Assembly (NCBI RefSeq): GCF_044704955.1
Contig: NC_091982.1
Span: forward strand, 235,166,001 to 235,230,000
Source: Pristiophorus japonicus
Lineage: Eukaryota
Length of the DNA stretch: 64,000 bases
Direction: 5' to 3'
The notes under the pieces are model-generated. The model was not told where the DNA came from, made no database searches, and saw nothing but the letters and a program-made list of their open reading frames with translations. The position numbers and the translations under genes are program-made. Every line of letters starts with the position of its first letter. Within the stretch, counting starts at the first letter, position 1. Shown here piece by piece: positions 10,438 through 22,436 of this stretch.

Positions 10438-12735
10438 TTCAGTGGGAGGGGCTAGGAGTGAGCAGGTACTGCTGATTACCGCAGGAGTTGGAGTGAGTAT
10501 GTAAAAAGCAGGTCGTTGGTTTTTGGGTTGGTTTTTTTTTCAAATTTTAGGGCCTTTTTGGCCCATAAACCTCAGCCAGATAACTGCTGAGGGGCCTGGA
10601 ATGCCCCCAGTGTGAATTTAACCAGGGGAGAAAATGTCTTGAGAAGGGTGAATAAAAGGTCCAAAGATTTGGGCCAGGACCCCAGGAGGTTTGGAAAAGA
10701 AAACACGGTGGTGGTTCAGTGCCAGGATAAGGAGATGTGAGCTTGGGATATTATCTAGGCAGTACATGAGGACTGCGGGAAGGGAAGTTGCTTTGCCTGC
10801 CGACCAAAGCCGAATGTTGGATTCGAGGTGACGGTCAGTGGCCGAGAGGAGGTGGAAAGACTTTTACTGAGCCTGAAGGTTGGTGAAAAGTACTTGGATG
10901 TATCTTTGCTGTATTCTGAAGAGGTGGTGGTCTCATTGTTAAACATGCCGGTTTATGTTGAGGGTGATGTGTTGATAAAAATGTTGGAGTCGTGGGACAT
11001 TAAACTTTGCTCAGTAATAAAGAGGAGATACTATCCTGGAACTCAGGTAGCTGATGGAACACGTTATGTAAAGGTACAGTTCCCAGAGGGGGTGAAGTCA
11101 TTAGCCTACAGCATGAAATTCGAGACAAATGGAAGGAGTGCAGTACTTCCGGGTTCTGCATGATAACTAGGTGAAGGTTTGTTATTACTGTCTTGGACAC
11201 GTCCATCTCGTAAGAAGCTGTCCAGACTGTTATAACTGCGGCAAGTGTGGACACATCGCTCGGAACTGCAAGGCAGAGAGCTGTGCGGTTTGTCACAAAG
11301 GCCCCACCCGCTGTGAGTGTGAGGCAGAAGGAAGCTCCTTGAGCGACGAGGAGATGGGAGAGGGAGCAGGAGGTGTGATGGAGTGGCCAGAAGAGCGGAG
11401 CAGGCGGAGGACACAGCCGCCGAACGGAATGAGGAAAGAACGCAAGAAGAGGCAGAAAATTGCGGAGCAGAAAACAGGATGGAGATGGTGGAAAACACAC
11501 CAAGTATGGTGGAAAAGACCAAAGTCAGCGGAGGACATCACGGGTCAGGGACAGCGCCAAGCCACAATATGGCTCACCTTCAGGTATCCGTGGGGGGAGC
11601 AGAGGCGGGTGCGGGGTACGGGGTAAGTGTAAGTACTCCAAAAAGAGATGGGGAGTTGTACATCTTGGGGAGCAGGAGGGGGCAAGGCCAGGAGAGGGTG
11701 CAAGAGGCAGGAGCCTTAAAGGGGCAGCAGGACACGAGCAGGGAGACAAAGACGCCAAAAGGGAGCCAAAGACGCCAAAAGGGAGCAGGATGGGTGGAGA
11801 CGCGCCATTGTCCCAGAGAGAGAAGAAACAGGGAGCAAGGGTCAGCGGTGGAGGTGAGGCCGAAGGGAGTGACACTGTTGGAGAAACCAGGTTAGCAGGA
11901 GGACTCTCTAAGAGAGATTCTGTATCTGACGGGGAGCAGGGAGGGGAGATTATAGAAGAGCTGGAGTGTGAGGAGTCAGGGGAGGATGGAAACATGGAAT
12001 TGGGGGGTGGGAGGGGCATCATGTGGAAAAGGAAAGGTTAGTGAGGGGCAGAAGGAGGGAGAAGGGGCAGTTCCACGGCCTAAATTTAATGTAAGGAAGA
12101 GGCTGAAACTGCAGGGAAAGTTCAAACAAGAGGTGAAAAAGAGCCGGAGGCTGCAGGAGAAAGCAACTGGTGCCCAAAGTTTGGGAAGGAGCCTGAGAGG
12201 AGGGAAGAGCCAGAGATTTAATGATGGTGGGGGGATTATCAGACACACTTCTTTTATTAGGAGCAATGATTACATTGGTCTCGATTAATGTGAACGGACT
12301 GAGGGGGGAGAAGAAATTGCAGCAGTTGTTGCAGTGTTTTAAAGGCATGGACCTGTTGTGTCTGCATGAAACCTTTTAGGATAAGGAGATCCTAGAAAGA
12401 GTTCGGAGGGTTTGGAAGTGAGAAGAGTTTGCAAGTTGCGCAAGTTTCAAGGGGTGGCTATTTTAGTGAGTTCGTCCATAAAAGAGAACGTTGCATTGGT
12501 GGACAAGGACACTGAGGGGAGGTTTTTACAGCTAAAGGTACAAATGGATGAATTGAATTGGCAGCGTCGTGAGTTTTTTTGGTGGTTATTCACAGAAGTG
12601 GCAGAGGCAGAAAACCCTTGTAGTTTAATGTATTTTTATCTCAGATGGACATTTCAGCCCAGATGACCTTTAAGGATGATAACAGCAGAGAGATGATCGG
12701 AACCCCTAAAAAGGGAGTTCTCCAGAAGAGTTTAA
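10438..12735 (+). mobile_element. Tx1/L1-clade LINE, decayed: 5' UTR, ORF1 (zinc knuckles) and start of the ORF2 APE endonuclease
   Basis: ORF1 remnants RRYYPGTQVADGTRYVKVQFPEGVKSLAYSMKFET, CYYCLGHVHLVRSCP and CYNCGKCGHIARNC, then an acidic tail. ORF2 starts at ATG 12266 (MITLVSINVNGLR...LLCLHETF). Stops and frameshifts present. A probable 3' end lies at 13710-13800. Confidence 0.85.
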
Positions 12736-13709
12736 CATAGAAATATAGAAAATAGGTGCGGGAGTAGGCCATTCGGCCCTTCGAGCCTGCAGCACCATTC
12801 AATAAGATCATGGTTGATCATTCCCTCAGTACCCCTTTCCTGCTTTCTCTCCATACTCCTTGATCCTCTTAGCCGTAAGGGCCATATCTAACTCCCTCTT
12901 GAAGATAGCCAATGAACTGGAATCAACAACTCTTTGCGGCAGGGAATTCCATAGGTTAACAACTCTCTGAGTGAAGAAGTTTCTCCTCATCTCAGTCCTA
13001 AATGGCCTACCCCTTATCCTAAGACTATGTCCCCTGGTTCTGGACTTCCCCAACATCAGGAACATTCTTCCCGCATCTAACCTGTCCAGTCCCGTCAGAA
13101 TTTTATATGTTTCTTTGAGATCCCCTCTCATCCTTGTAAACTCCAGTGAATAAAGGCCCAGTTGATCCAGTCTCTCCTCACATGACAGCCCAGCCATCCC
13201 TGGAATCAGTCTGGTGAACCTTCGCTGCACTCCCTCAATAGCAAGAATGTCCTTCCTCAGATTAGGAGACCAAAACTGAACACAATATTCCAGGTGAGGC
13301 CTCACTAAGACCCTGTACAACTGCAGTAAGACCTCCCTGCTCCTATTCTCAAATCCCCTAGCTATGAAGGCCAACATACCTTTTGCCTTCTTCACCGCCT
13401 GCTGTACCTGCGTGCCCACTTTCAGTGACTGATGAACCATGACACCCAGGTCTCGTTGCACCTCCCCTTTTCCTAATCTGCCACCATTCAGATAATATTC
13501 TGCCTTTGTGTTTTTGCTCCAAAAATGGATAACCTCACATTTATCCACATTATACTGCATCTGCCATGAATTTGCCCACTCACCTAACCTGTCCAAGTCA
13601 CCATGCAGCCTCTTAGCATCCCCCTCACAGCTCACACCACCACCTAGTTTAGTGTCATCCGCAAACTTGGAGATATTACACTCAATTCTTTCATCTAAAT
13701 TGTTAATGT
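12736..13709 (-). mobile_element. CR1 LINE 3' part inserted into the Tx1-like element
   Basis: ORF 12826..13833 contains FADDTKLGG and [13 protein letters not shown]; CR1 tail at the left end. Confidence 0.95.
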
Positions 13710-14065
13710 GTGAGTGATGTTTTAAAACAGAGCTGAATAGATTTTGTGTTAATGCGGGAAGGGTTAAATTCTGAGATGATAGAGATTTATTATAAAAAAA
13801 GTATTTTTTAGTGACCACTCGGCTTTGGTTCATAGAAACATAGAAACATAGAAATCAGCTGCAGGAGTAAGCCATTCAGCCCTTCGAGCCTGCACCACCA
13901 TTCAAAAAGATCATGGCTGATCATTCAACCTCAGTACCCCTTTTCTTAAAATTAGGAACAGCTGAGTTAAGACTGGTCCAGGGGTGTGGATTTTAAACAG
14001 TACCTGAAAGAAATTGCTTTTACAGAAGTGATTTTAAATACAATAAAGATAGCTTGGAAGGAACT

Positions 14066-14423
14066 GCCAAAGGTGGGCAGCGGAAACGTTACAAGGACAA
14101 TCTCAAAGCCTCCCTGATAAAGTGCAACATCCCCACTGACACCTGGGAGTCCCTGGCCAAAGACCGCCTAAGTGGAGGAAGTGCATCCGAGAGGGTGCTG
14201 AGCACCTCGAGTCTAATCGACGAGAGCATGCAGAAATCAAGCGCAGGCAGCAGAAAAAGCATGCGGCAAACCAGTACCACCCACCCCTTCCCTCAACGAC
14301 TGTCTGTCCCACCTGTGACAGGAACTGTGGCTCTCGTATTGGAATGTTCAGCCACCTAAGGACTCATTCTAAGAGTGGAAGCAAGTATTCCTCGATTCCG
14401 AGGGACTGCCGATGATGATGATG
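14066..14423 (+). mobile_element. RTE-clade LINE 3' end
   Basis: GGQRKRYKDNLKASL...WESLAKDR, a C2H2-like tail, and a (gat)n terminus. Confidence 0.8.
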
Positions 14424-14694
14424 CATAGTAATATTCCAATTTTTAAGGAAAGATGGGTTGCTATGGGAGTGGTCTCCGACGCAGAATTAAGGGAAAAATA
14501 TCTTGCTCTTCTTGAAATAATGCCTGGCATATTTAATGTCCATCCAAACAGGTAAACTGGACCTTGCTTCAGTGTTTCATTCAAAGAATAGCAAACTTTT
14601 CAAAGTTTACAACATGCAAGCTATCATACATGATTCGAATGAAATAAACATTTTAGCTTAATAATTGCGACGAATGTGTGAGAATGGGTCTTAC

Positions 14695-14860
14695 TCTCTC
14701 TGTGTAGCTATCCATCTTGTAGTCAATTGACGGAGCGAAGTAGCAGTCAGTGGTCACCAAACAAACAATGCTCCTAACTCCTTCCCCTGCTGTCCACAGA
14801 ATGTCACAGAGCGCTGATGCCAATGCTTTCACTTGTTCTTTTTGGCTCACTTCAAGCAGG
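14695..14860 (-). CDS. MINDY4B: MINDY4B exon 6 (LLEVSQKEQVKALASALCDILWTAGEG...DYKMDSYTER)
   Basis: Acceptor ttttctgcattcgtttacag, donor AGA|gtaag, 166 nt, phase 2/0. Overlaps track ORF 14653..14850. Confidence 0.93.
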
Positions 14861-15200
14861 CTGTAAACGAATGCAGAAAATATCAGTCACTGGTTGTAGC
14901 GTCACTCAGAACCAACTTCAGAACCAAGAGGCAGGTGGCAGCTGAGGGCTGACTACATTAAGGAAGCTTTGACGGCTCGGGTCCACATAGAGCGAATCAT
15001 TTCTTGGCATGTTTCTACTAACTTTGTGTCAGGGCCCTACTTTCCCGCTCACGGCATCCTCCCCATGTTGAAATCAAGATTCCTCACTATCTCCTGCTCT
15101 AATTCTAACTCTGATCAGCCATGATCATATTGAATGGTGGTGCAGGCTCGAAGGGCCGTATGGCCTACTCCCGCACCTTTTTTCTATGTTTCTATGTAAC

Positions 15201-15451
15201 TAGGGTTGCCAACTCTGGTTGGACGTGTTCCTGGAGGTTTCATCACATGACTTCCTGCCTCCAACTGCCCCACCCTGTCAAACAGCCTTTTTAACTTTTA
15301 TAACTAAAGTGATCAAAGAAAATGAAAAAAATACAAGCCATCTTTTTGAATGCTGCTGGTTTTTTTCTGGAGTTGCTCACAAGAGCGTCCAGGAGATTAA
15401 TCTCGAATTCCTGGAGATTCACAGGACAATCCTGGAGGGTTGACAACGTTA
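15201..15451. mobile_element. hAT-like MITE
   Basis: TIR tagggttgccaac ... gttgacaacgtta. The 8-bp attctaac occurs at 15452-15459 and 15102-15109; the left copy is displaced by a later CR1-tail insertion. Confidence 0.7.
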
Positions 15452-15684
15452 ATTCTAACCTATGTAAATGAGGGGCTTAACGCTCGTTCTCGGAGAGCTC
15501 TCCCCAGGTCCAAGACACTCCTGAGGGTGGTTGCTAGCCTGTGATTAGGCTCTCCGCCCCTCCCCTCCCCGAGCCCCCCATTATCCTTCCCCCTTCTCCC
15601 TGGGACTTACTCATGGGTCTCTGCCCCAAGTATGATAGAGACATCTGAAAACTAATTGAAAACAATCAATAAAATCTCACACAA

Positions 15685-15970
15685 ACACTAAAGCAAAATA
15701 CTGCGACGGCTGGAATCTGGAATAAAAACAGAAAATGATGGAAATCTAAGCGGGTCAGGCAGCATCTGTGGAGAGAAAGCAGAGTTAATGTTTCGGGTCG
15801 ATGACCCTTCGTCAGAACTGGAGAGTGTTCAGAACGGACAGATTCTTAACAGGCACTGAAAGGGGGAGGGGAAGAAAGAACAAAAGGGAAGGTCTGTGAT
15901 AGGGTGGAAGGCAGGAGAGATGAGAGAGACAAAAGGGATGATGGACCAAATTCAAATGGTAATGCCAATA
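15685..15970. mobile_element. Common shark interspersed repeat (V-SINE/HE1- or Penelope-associated)
   Basis: caggcagcatctgtggagagaaa...gagttaatgtttcgggtcgatgaccctt motif; reverse copy at 32200-32290. Family assignment uncertain. Confidence 0.5.
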
Positions 15971-16032
15971 AAATCTCACAATTATTTTCAAGAGTTTACT
16001 GAATAAGACAAGGTCGAGAGTATTTTTTTTAC

Positions 16033-16130
16033 CATTTTATGTTGTGGCTTTCCACTTCACTACTTCCGTTGAACAGTAAGTACTTGAGGACATGTGCTTG
16101 TACGGCCATCTGAATAGTCCGTGTACCACC
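16033..16130 (-). CDS. MINDY4B: MINDY4B exon 5 (GGTRTIQMAVQAHVLKYLLFNGSSEVESHNIK-C)
   Basis: Acceptor tttttggaag, donor TG|gtaaa, 98 nt, phase 0/2. Matches the recalled MINDY4B segment [20 protein letters not shown]. Confidence 0.92.
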
Positions 16131-16635
16131 CTTCCAAAAAAATAAATAACTTTTAAAACACGGACACAAATAGTATCAACACTATTTTATACATTAGAAT
16201 CCAATAAGTCTGCTAGAACAGCCTGAGAAAAGAATATTTTAAATGATAAATGGGTGCACATATACAACATACCATCTGGATGTACATACTCTAGTTGACT
16301 CTTAAAATGTAGCAGATGGGCACCTTAACCGTTTCCATCTTTGGCAGCATTTCCCCAAACCCACGACCTCCACCACCTACAACAGTGGTGGGCAAAATAC
16401 AGCCCGGGGATCTGCATCCGGCCCGCCAATTCATCCCGCTGGGCGGGAGAGAAATAGAACGCGAGCCGGTGCTCGAGCTACACATTAGTCTGAGTCGAGT
16501 TGCGGCTGCTTATCGCGATGACCCTGTTACCAAAGAAAGAGAATGGCACTGAGCCTATCCTCTCCTGGTACCTGGAGTACGGCAGCATTGGGATTCGTAT
16601 CGCCATCTTGGACACGGGAGTGGATCCCAGAGCAC

Positions 16636-17115
16636 TCGAGAGGGTACAGAAGAGATTTACCAGGATGTTGCCAGGACTGGAGAATTTTAGCCATGAGGAA
16701 AGATTGGATAGGCTGGGGTTGTTTTCTTTGGAACGGAGGAGGCTGAGGGGAGACCTTATTGAGGTGTATAAAATTATGAGGGGCCTGGATAGAGTGGATA
16801 GGAAGGACCAATTTCCCTTAGCAGAGGGGTCAACAACCAGGGGGCATAGATTTAAAGTAATTGGGAGAAGGATGAGAGGGGATTTGAGGAGAAACTTTTT
16901 CACCCAGAGGGTGGTGAGGGTCTGGAACTGACTGCCTGAAAGGGTAGTAGAGACAGAAACCCTCACCACATTTAGAAAATACTTGGATGTGCAATTCAAG
17001 TGCTGTAACCTACAGGGCTACAGACCAAGAGCTGGAATGTGGCTGGATAGTCAGCCGGCACGGCCATGATGGGCCGAAAGGCCTCCTTTCGTGCTGTAAA
17101 TTTCTATGATCCTAT
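16636..17115 (+). mobile_element. CR1 LINE 3' fragment (second subfamily)
   Basis: LERVQKRFTRMLPGL...RGDLIEVYK. Related copies at 29165-29640, 44305-44595 and 60235-60595. Confidence 0.9.
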
Positions 17116-17739
17116 GACAACAATTCCAGGTAATGGCACGCAATTGTAGTTCAGGCCTTGCGAAGCCTCGGGCTCCCGTACTCAGCACTCTAAAAGGAGA
17201 ACTACTCTTGCATTCCCGCAGACTCGAGCCGCTCTGTCAAACAGCCACATTGACTTTCAGTACAACATACAATCGATCTATCAATCATTTCATTCATTAC
17301 TATTTTATACTACATTTTGTGTATTTAAGATAATATCTGACGTCTATCTGAATTTATGTTCACAAATTATTGGGAGGGTGGAAGTGGGAGTGATAGTCAG
17401 CACTATGAGCTGGCCTGTTTCAAATTGACCAATTGAACACTTTGCTCTCACCAATGACTGTTATTAATTCTTGCACAATTATTCACTCATTTTAATATTT
17501 TAATGTTTTAATATTATCCCACTTAATTAGCAGGCATAAATAAATGGACCGGGGTATATTTGACATTGCATTCATTGTTTTTAATTGAAGCCCTTTTTTC
17601 CCCCCCCCCTCCAAGAACAAATTCAGTTTATTGTCATGACTGGAAGAGGGTGATAGAGATTGATGTTGGTGGCCAGTCCCAGTAATAAATCGCACCATAG
17701 GGAAGGAATGTGCAGTATAATGGTGCATTACTTGTGCCA

Positions 17740-18256
17740 GCGGCAGGTCGGGGCCATAAAAGGAGCGGAGGTGCGGTGGCCCGGGAGCAGCGTGTAGGCC
17801 ACATCAGAGAGCAGCACGAGCTGGTGCAGGAGGGCGACGGCAGCGAAGAGTGACATCATCAAGGTCCAGGTCAGTGATTGGAGCGTGGGCAGACACAGCA
17901 GGAGCAGCAAGAGACTGTGGAGGAATGTGATCGGGGCCCAGGAGAGGTGTGAGTTCGGAGCTAGGGGCCCAGGGGCAGCACGGTCCAGCCCACACTGCGA
18001 TATGTGTGTGCACTAGGTCCGTGCAGCAGAGCAGGTCTCCAGTCGTCTTGGTCAATCCTTGCCACTGGAGCAAGACCGAGCTCTATCAAGCCCGTGTGTT
18101 GGCTGGTGTGCAACGGTCACCACACGTTTAAAAAAATCCACGCACAGGCATCTTCCACCCTTCAGGATGTAGTTCAGGTCCTTCATTCGAAACACCTGTG
18201 AACTCATCCTTTTTTGGCGTGGAAGCAAGTCATCCTCGTTTCAAGGGACCGCCTGA
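17740..18256 (+). mobile_element. Non-autonomous RTE-tailed SINE-like element
   Basis: Shares its body with 52775-53083 (+) and 53455-53990 (-), and shares the 3' tggaagcaagtcatcctcg...gagggac(t/c)gcct end with the RTE copies. Confidence 0.75.
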
Positions 18257-18367
18257 GGTGTCTTGGCTTTCCTCAGGAGTGACAGCACGTTGACAGTGAA
18301 CAAGCCCAAATTGATGGCTGATCCAGGACGCAATTTGCAGATTAAATAATTATTTCTTAGAGAGGTT

Positions 18368-19414
18368 TGTAGGATCCGTTCCTCTACCCCGCAACCTCCA
18401 ATGGGACTATTAAATATAAAAATCCAGAACTGCATTACAGCCCGCAAAAAGAGCATTGCAGCCAAACCATCAGACATCACGAGAGACAATAGTACAGGAT
18501 ATCTGCCATCGACCTAAATCACCAGACAATGGCAGCAAAAGCGAGACATTCATCATCAGAGCATCAGGAGCAGGACATTCACAACCTTAATGGTTTTCTG
18601 TCTGAAAAGATACAGGCACATTCACATATTCGTTTACCTTATGGGGTCACATTGCTAAAAAACATACCTTAGACCATGGCTTCCGAAAGGCTGGTATCAG
18701 TGTAGGCCCAGACAATGGACCTTACCCTGAGCCATTTGAATACGAATGCTACTAGAAACCAACAATTGTCACCTTGGGAAGGTTACTTTGTAAAGGACCT
18801 CACCCTATAGACAGGCAATGGTCAAAGTAATCATGGACAATGACCCTAAATGAAGGACAATTAGCCATCAAGGGTGCACACTTGATACTGCCATTGAGTT
18901 AAATCTGTTTCAAGATTGCAAGTTGGTTTTCGGTATAAAGAAGACCCATTTTTCGAAGGCATGGGAGCAGTACAGGATAGAATTGAAACAGCAACAGGAG
19001 CCAGCGGTATGTCTTCAGGACACAAGCTGCAATTGAGAAAAGGGCCTTCAGTCAACCTCAGAAGACAGCCGAGGAATTGGTGATTGTATATTTGTTCCAG
19101 CCATGAGTCTGGGTAGTTTTATGTGTAGCAGTAAAATCACAGATGGGTTTCACTGTGTCAGGTTGTGCCGATGCAAATGACCCTTTCGTAGCGGCTTGTA
19201 TTCTGGGGTTTATTCGTCCCACATCGATCGTAGGGAGGGGCGGGGTGGTGGCGGGGGGGAGGGGGGTGGTGGTGAAGGGGGCGGCAATTGTGTGTTCAAT
19301 AAAACGAACAAATCTTGGTTGAGCCAAAATCCTATGCCATGTGTATTTTGTTCTTATAAATCCTGACGTCAAAGAACTGTGTTAAGAGGGGCTAGGTAAT
19401 TAGAAACCCTTACA
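18368..19414 (+). mobile_element. 5' LTR of an LTR retroelement/ERV, followed by a tRNA-Arg-like PBS; internal region truncated
   Basis: tgtagg...ccttaca termini, AATAAA near 19298, then TGGCGACCACGGCAGGA at 19419-19435 (one mismatch to the recalled tRNA-Arg 3' complement). Left boundary approximate. Confidence 0.65.
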
Positions 19415-20261
19415 GAATTGGCGACCACGGCAGGATGTTCAAGGTTTAGAACAACAATCATGGACAGTGTTAAGGGCAAGAAACCTGCGATGGAGGATAG
19501 GATATCCACGTATATATTTGGAAAAGTAAACATTTCCATGACAAGAATGAATTTAGGCCATTTGGAATAAGCCGACTGCACTTTTCAATGTGACTCGTAA
19601 ACCTGTTTCGTGTTTGTTAACCTGTTAATGTTGTTATTTTTATTAAGTGTGGAAATGACAAGACGGGTTCTTTATGTAATAAATGCCATATCAGATTTTA
19701 ATGGTAACTGTTGTTAACACAATACATTTTCTGTGTGCAGGCCTCAACAGCTCAATAAAACTTGTTAAGAGGTCCTCCAGCCCAAATATTTGTGCACCCC
19801 TGAACTAGAAGGAAGGCGCATGGGAGCACCATCACCTCCAAGTTCCCTTTAAGTCACACACCATTCCGACTTGGAAATATATCGCCGTTCCTTCATTGTC
19901 GCTGGGTCACCATCCTGGAACTCCCTCCCTAACAGCACTCTGGGAGCACCTTCACCACACGGACTGCAGCGGTTCAAAGAGAAGGCGGCTTACCACCACT
20001 TTCCCAAGGGGAACTAGGGATGGCCAATAAATGCCGGTCTTACCAGCGGCGCCCAAGAATGAATATAAAAAGAAACAATCTTATTGGTTTGCCTCAATTT
20101 TAAAAGTAAGTAATTGTGTGAAGCACTTTGAGGCATTGTTTACAGAGGATTACTTAGGATGTACGTCACAGAAACAGGCTCTTCGGTCCAACCAGTCCAT
20201 GCTGACGTTTATGCTCCACTCGAGCCTCCTCCTGTCTTTCCTCATCTAACACTATCAGCAT

Positions 20262-21140
20262 AACATAGAAACATAGAAAATAGGTGCAGGAGTAGGCCAT
20301 TCGGCCCTTCGAGCCTGCACACCATTCAATATGATCATGGCTGATCATGCAACTTCAGTACTCCATTCCTGCTTTCTCTCCATACCCCTTGATCCCTTTC
20401 GCTGTAAGGGCCACATCTAACTCCCTTTTGAATATATCTAACGAACTGGCCTCAACAACTTTCTGTGGTAGAGAATTCCACAGGTTCACAATTCTTTGAG
20501 TGAAGAAGTTTCTCCTCATCTCAGTCCTAAATGGCTTACCTCTTATCCTTAGACTGTGACCCCTGGTTCTGGACTTCCCCAACATCGGGAACATTCTTCC
20601 TGAATCTAACCTGTCCAATCCCGTCAGAATTTTATATGTTTCTATGAGATCACCTCTCATTCTTCTAAATTACAGTGAATATCAGCCTAGTCGATTCAGT
20701 CCTTCCTCATATATCAGTCCTGCCATCCCGGGAATCAGTCTGGTGAACCTTCGCTGCACTCCCTCAATAGCAAGAATGTCCTTCCTCAGATTAGGAGACC
20801 AAAACTGCACATAATACTCAAGGTGTGGCCTCACCAAGGCTCTGTACAACTGCAGTAAGCCCTCCCTGCTCCGATACTCAAATCCTCTCGCTATGAAGGC
20901 CAACATACCATTTGCATTCTTCACACCTACTGTACCTGCATGCCAACTTTCAATGACGGATATACCATGACACCCAGGTCTCGTTGCACCTCCCCTTTTC
21001 CAAATCTGTCACCATTCAGATGATATTCTGCCTTCCTGTTTTTGCCCCCAAAGTGGATAACTTCACATTTATCTACATTATACTGCATCTGCCATACATT
21101 TGCCCATTCACCTAACCTGTCCAAGTCACCCTGCAGCCTC
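20262..21140 (-). mobile_element. CR1 LINE 3' part
   Basis: Three frameshifted RT C-terminal ORF remnants plus tail. Confidence 0.93.
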
Positions 21141-21959
21141 TATTCCCTTCTCCCTCATATGCTTCTCTAGCCTCCCCATAACGTATCATTGTAAATGTTA
21201 CTTTTTTGTAAAATCTTTTAATTTATTGAATCATTCTTCACGTTCTCTCGGGTAATTTGTGCGGTTTGAGTTGGTTAATCTTCGGAGAGCTCCCTCACAA
21301 TACTTGAAGGCATAAAGCCCTGGGCCTCGGCTTTTACCAACCTGCACTTAAACTTTCAGGACTTAAGTATAGAAGACTGAAGGGTGTTTAAAATGATGAA
21401 AGGATTTGATAGGATAGATACAGAGAAACTATCGGGCAATCAAGGACGAAGGGGCATAGTCTTAAAATTAGAGCTAGGCCGTTTATAGGAGGAACTCAGG
21501 AAACACTTTTTCACACAAAAGGTAGGAGAAACCCTCGCTCCCAAAAGTCTGTGGACGTTGGGGGTGAATTGGAGCTTTTCATACTGAGCTGATATATTTT
21601 TATTGGGTGAGGGCATCAAGGGATATGGAGCTAAGATGTGTTAGTGGAGTTGAGGTGCAGATCAGCCAAGATCTAACTGAATGGCACAGCAGCCAGGGAG
21701 GTTTGAACGGCCCACCCCTATTCCTATGACTTAAGTGAGTTGGGAGTTGCCCTAATGAGGATAGAGGGGCAGATTTTCAACTTGCTTGCCCGGGTTTAAA
21801 ACTGGCACTGCGTATCAGCCGCCCATTATAGAAACCGCCCCATTAACTTTCAATGACTGGTGGTGATGTTTTTTTTGCATGTGTTAGATGCCCGGACAAA
21901 CCCAACCAAAAGAAATGTTCCCCTCGGACTGATTTTGTACAGTCTTTAACAACACTGAC

Positions 21960-22079
21960 CCTTTCTGCTTCCAGTGCGTATGACAAGTCTGAATAAGCGT
22001 CTCGGAATTTGAAGTGGGATTTCTTCCATTCATAATTGAAAACTTGAAATGTTGTTCCGAACAGAATTTTCCGTAACGC
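21960..22079 (-). CDS. MINDY4B: MINDY4B exon 4 (ALRKILFGTTFQVFNYEWKKSHFKFRDAYSDLSYALEAER)
   Basis: Acceptor tttttgttaatatag, donor AGG|gtcagt, 120 nt, phase 0/0. Start of the MINDY-3/4 (DUF4205) domain. Confidence 0.92.
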
Positions 22080-22436
22080 CTATATTAACAAAAAAACATC
22101 AGAAATCATTACACAGCAACTGTAAAGATACAAAAGGCACCCATTTTAAACCTGTATTACGACATGCATCCAACCAACTAGGTCTCAGGCAATGTTTACT
22201 AAACATTGTTCCAATCCTAAAATGGTAGCTCAATAAACCGGCACAAGCTGTCCTTATCCTTCGAGGTCAGAAGGAATGGCCTCCTTCTGTGCTGTATCAT
22301 TCTAGGATTAAAAATAGATTCATTTTAAGCACACTATATTGTTTCTATTACCTTTGGAGACAGTTCTTTAATCGAAATATAGAATTTATAGCACAGGAAC
22401 AGACCTTTCGGCCCAACAGGTCTACATTGGTGTTTC

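Noticed and set aside
10828-11626. Host ZCCHC3-like zinc-knuckle gene
   Set aside because: Frameshifted, intronless and directly followed by an APE endonuclease start, so it is LINE ORF1.
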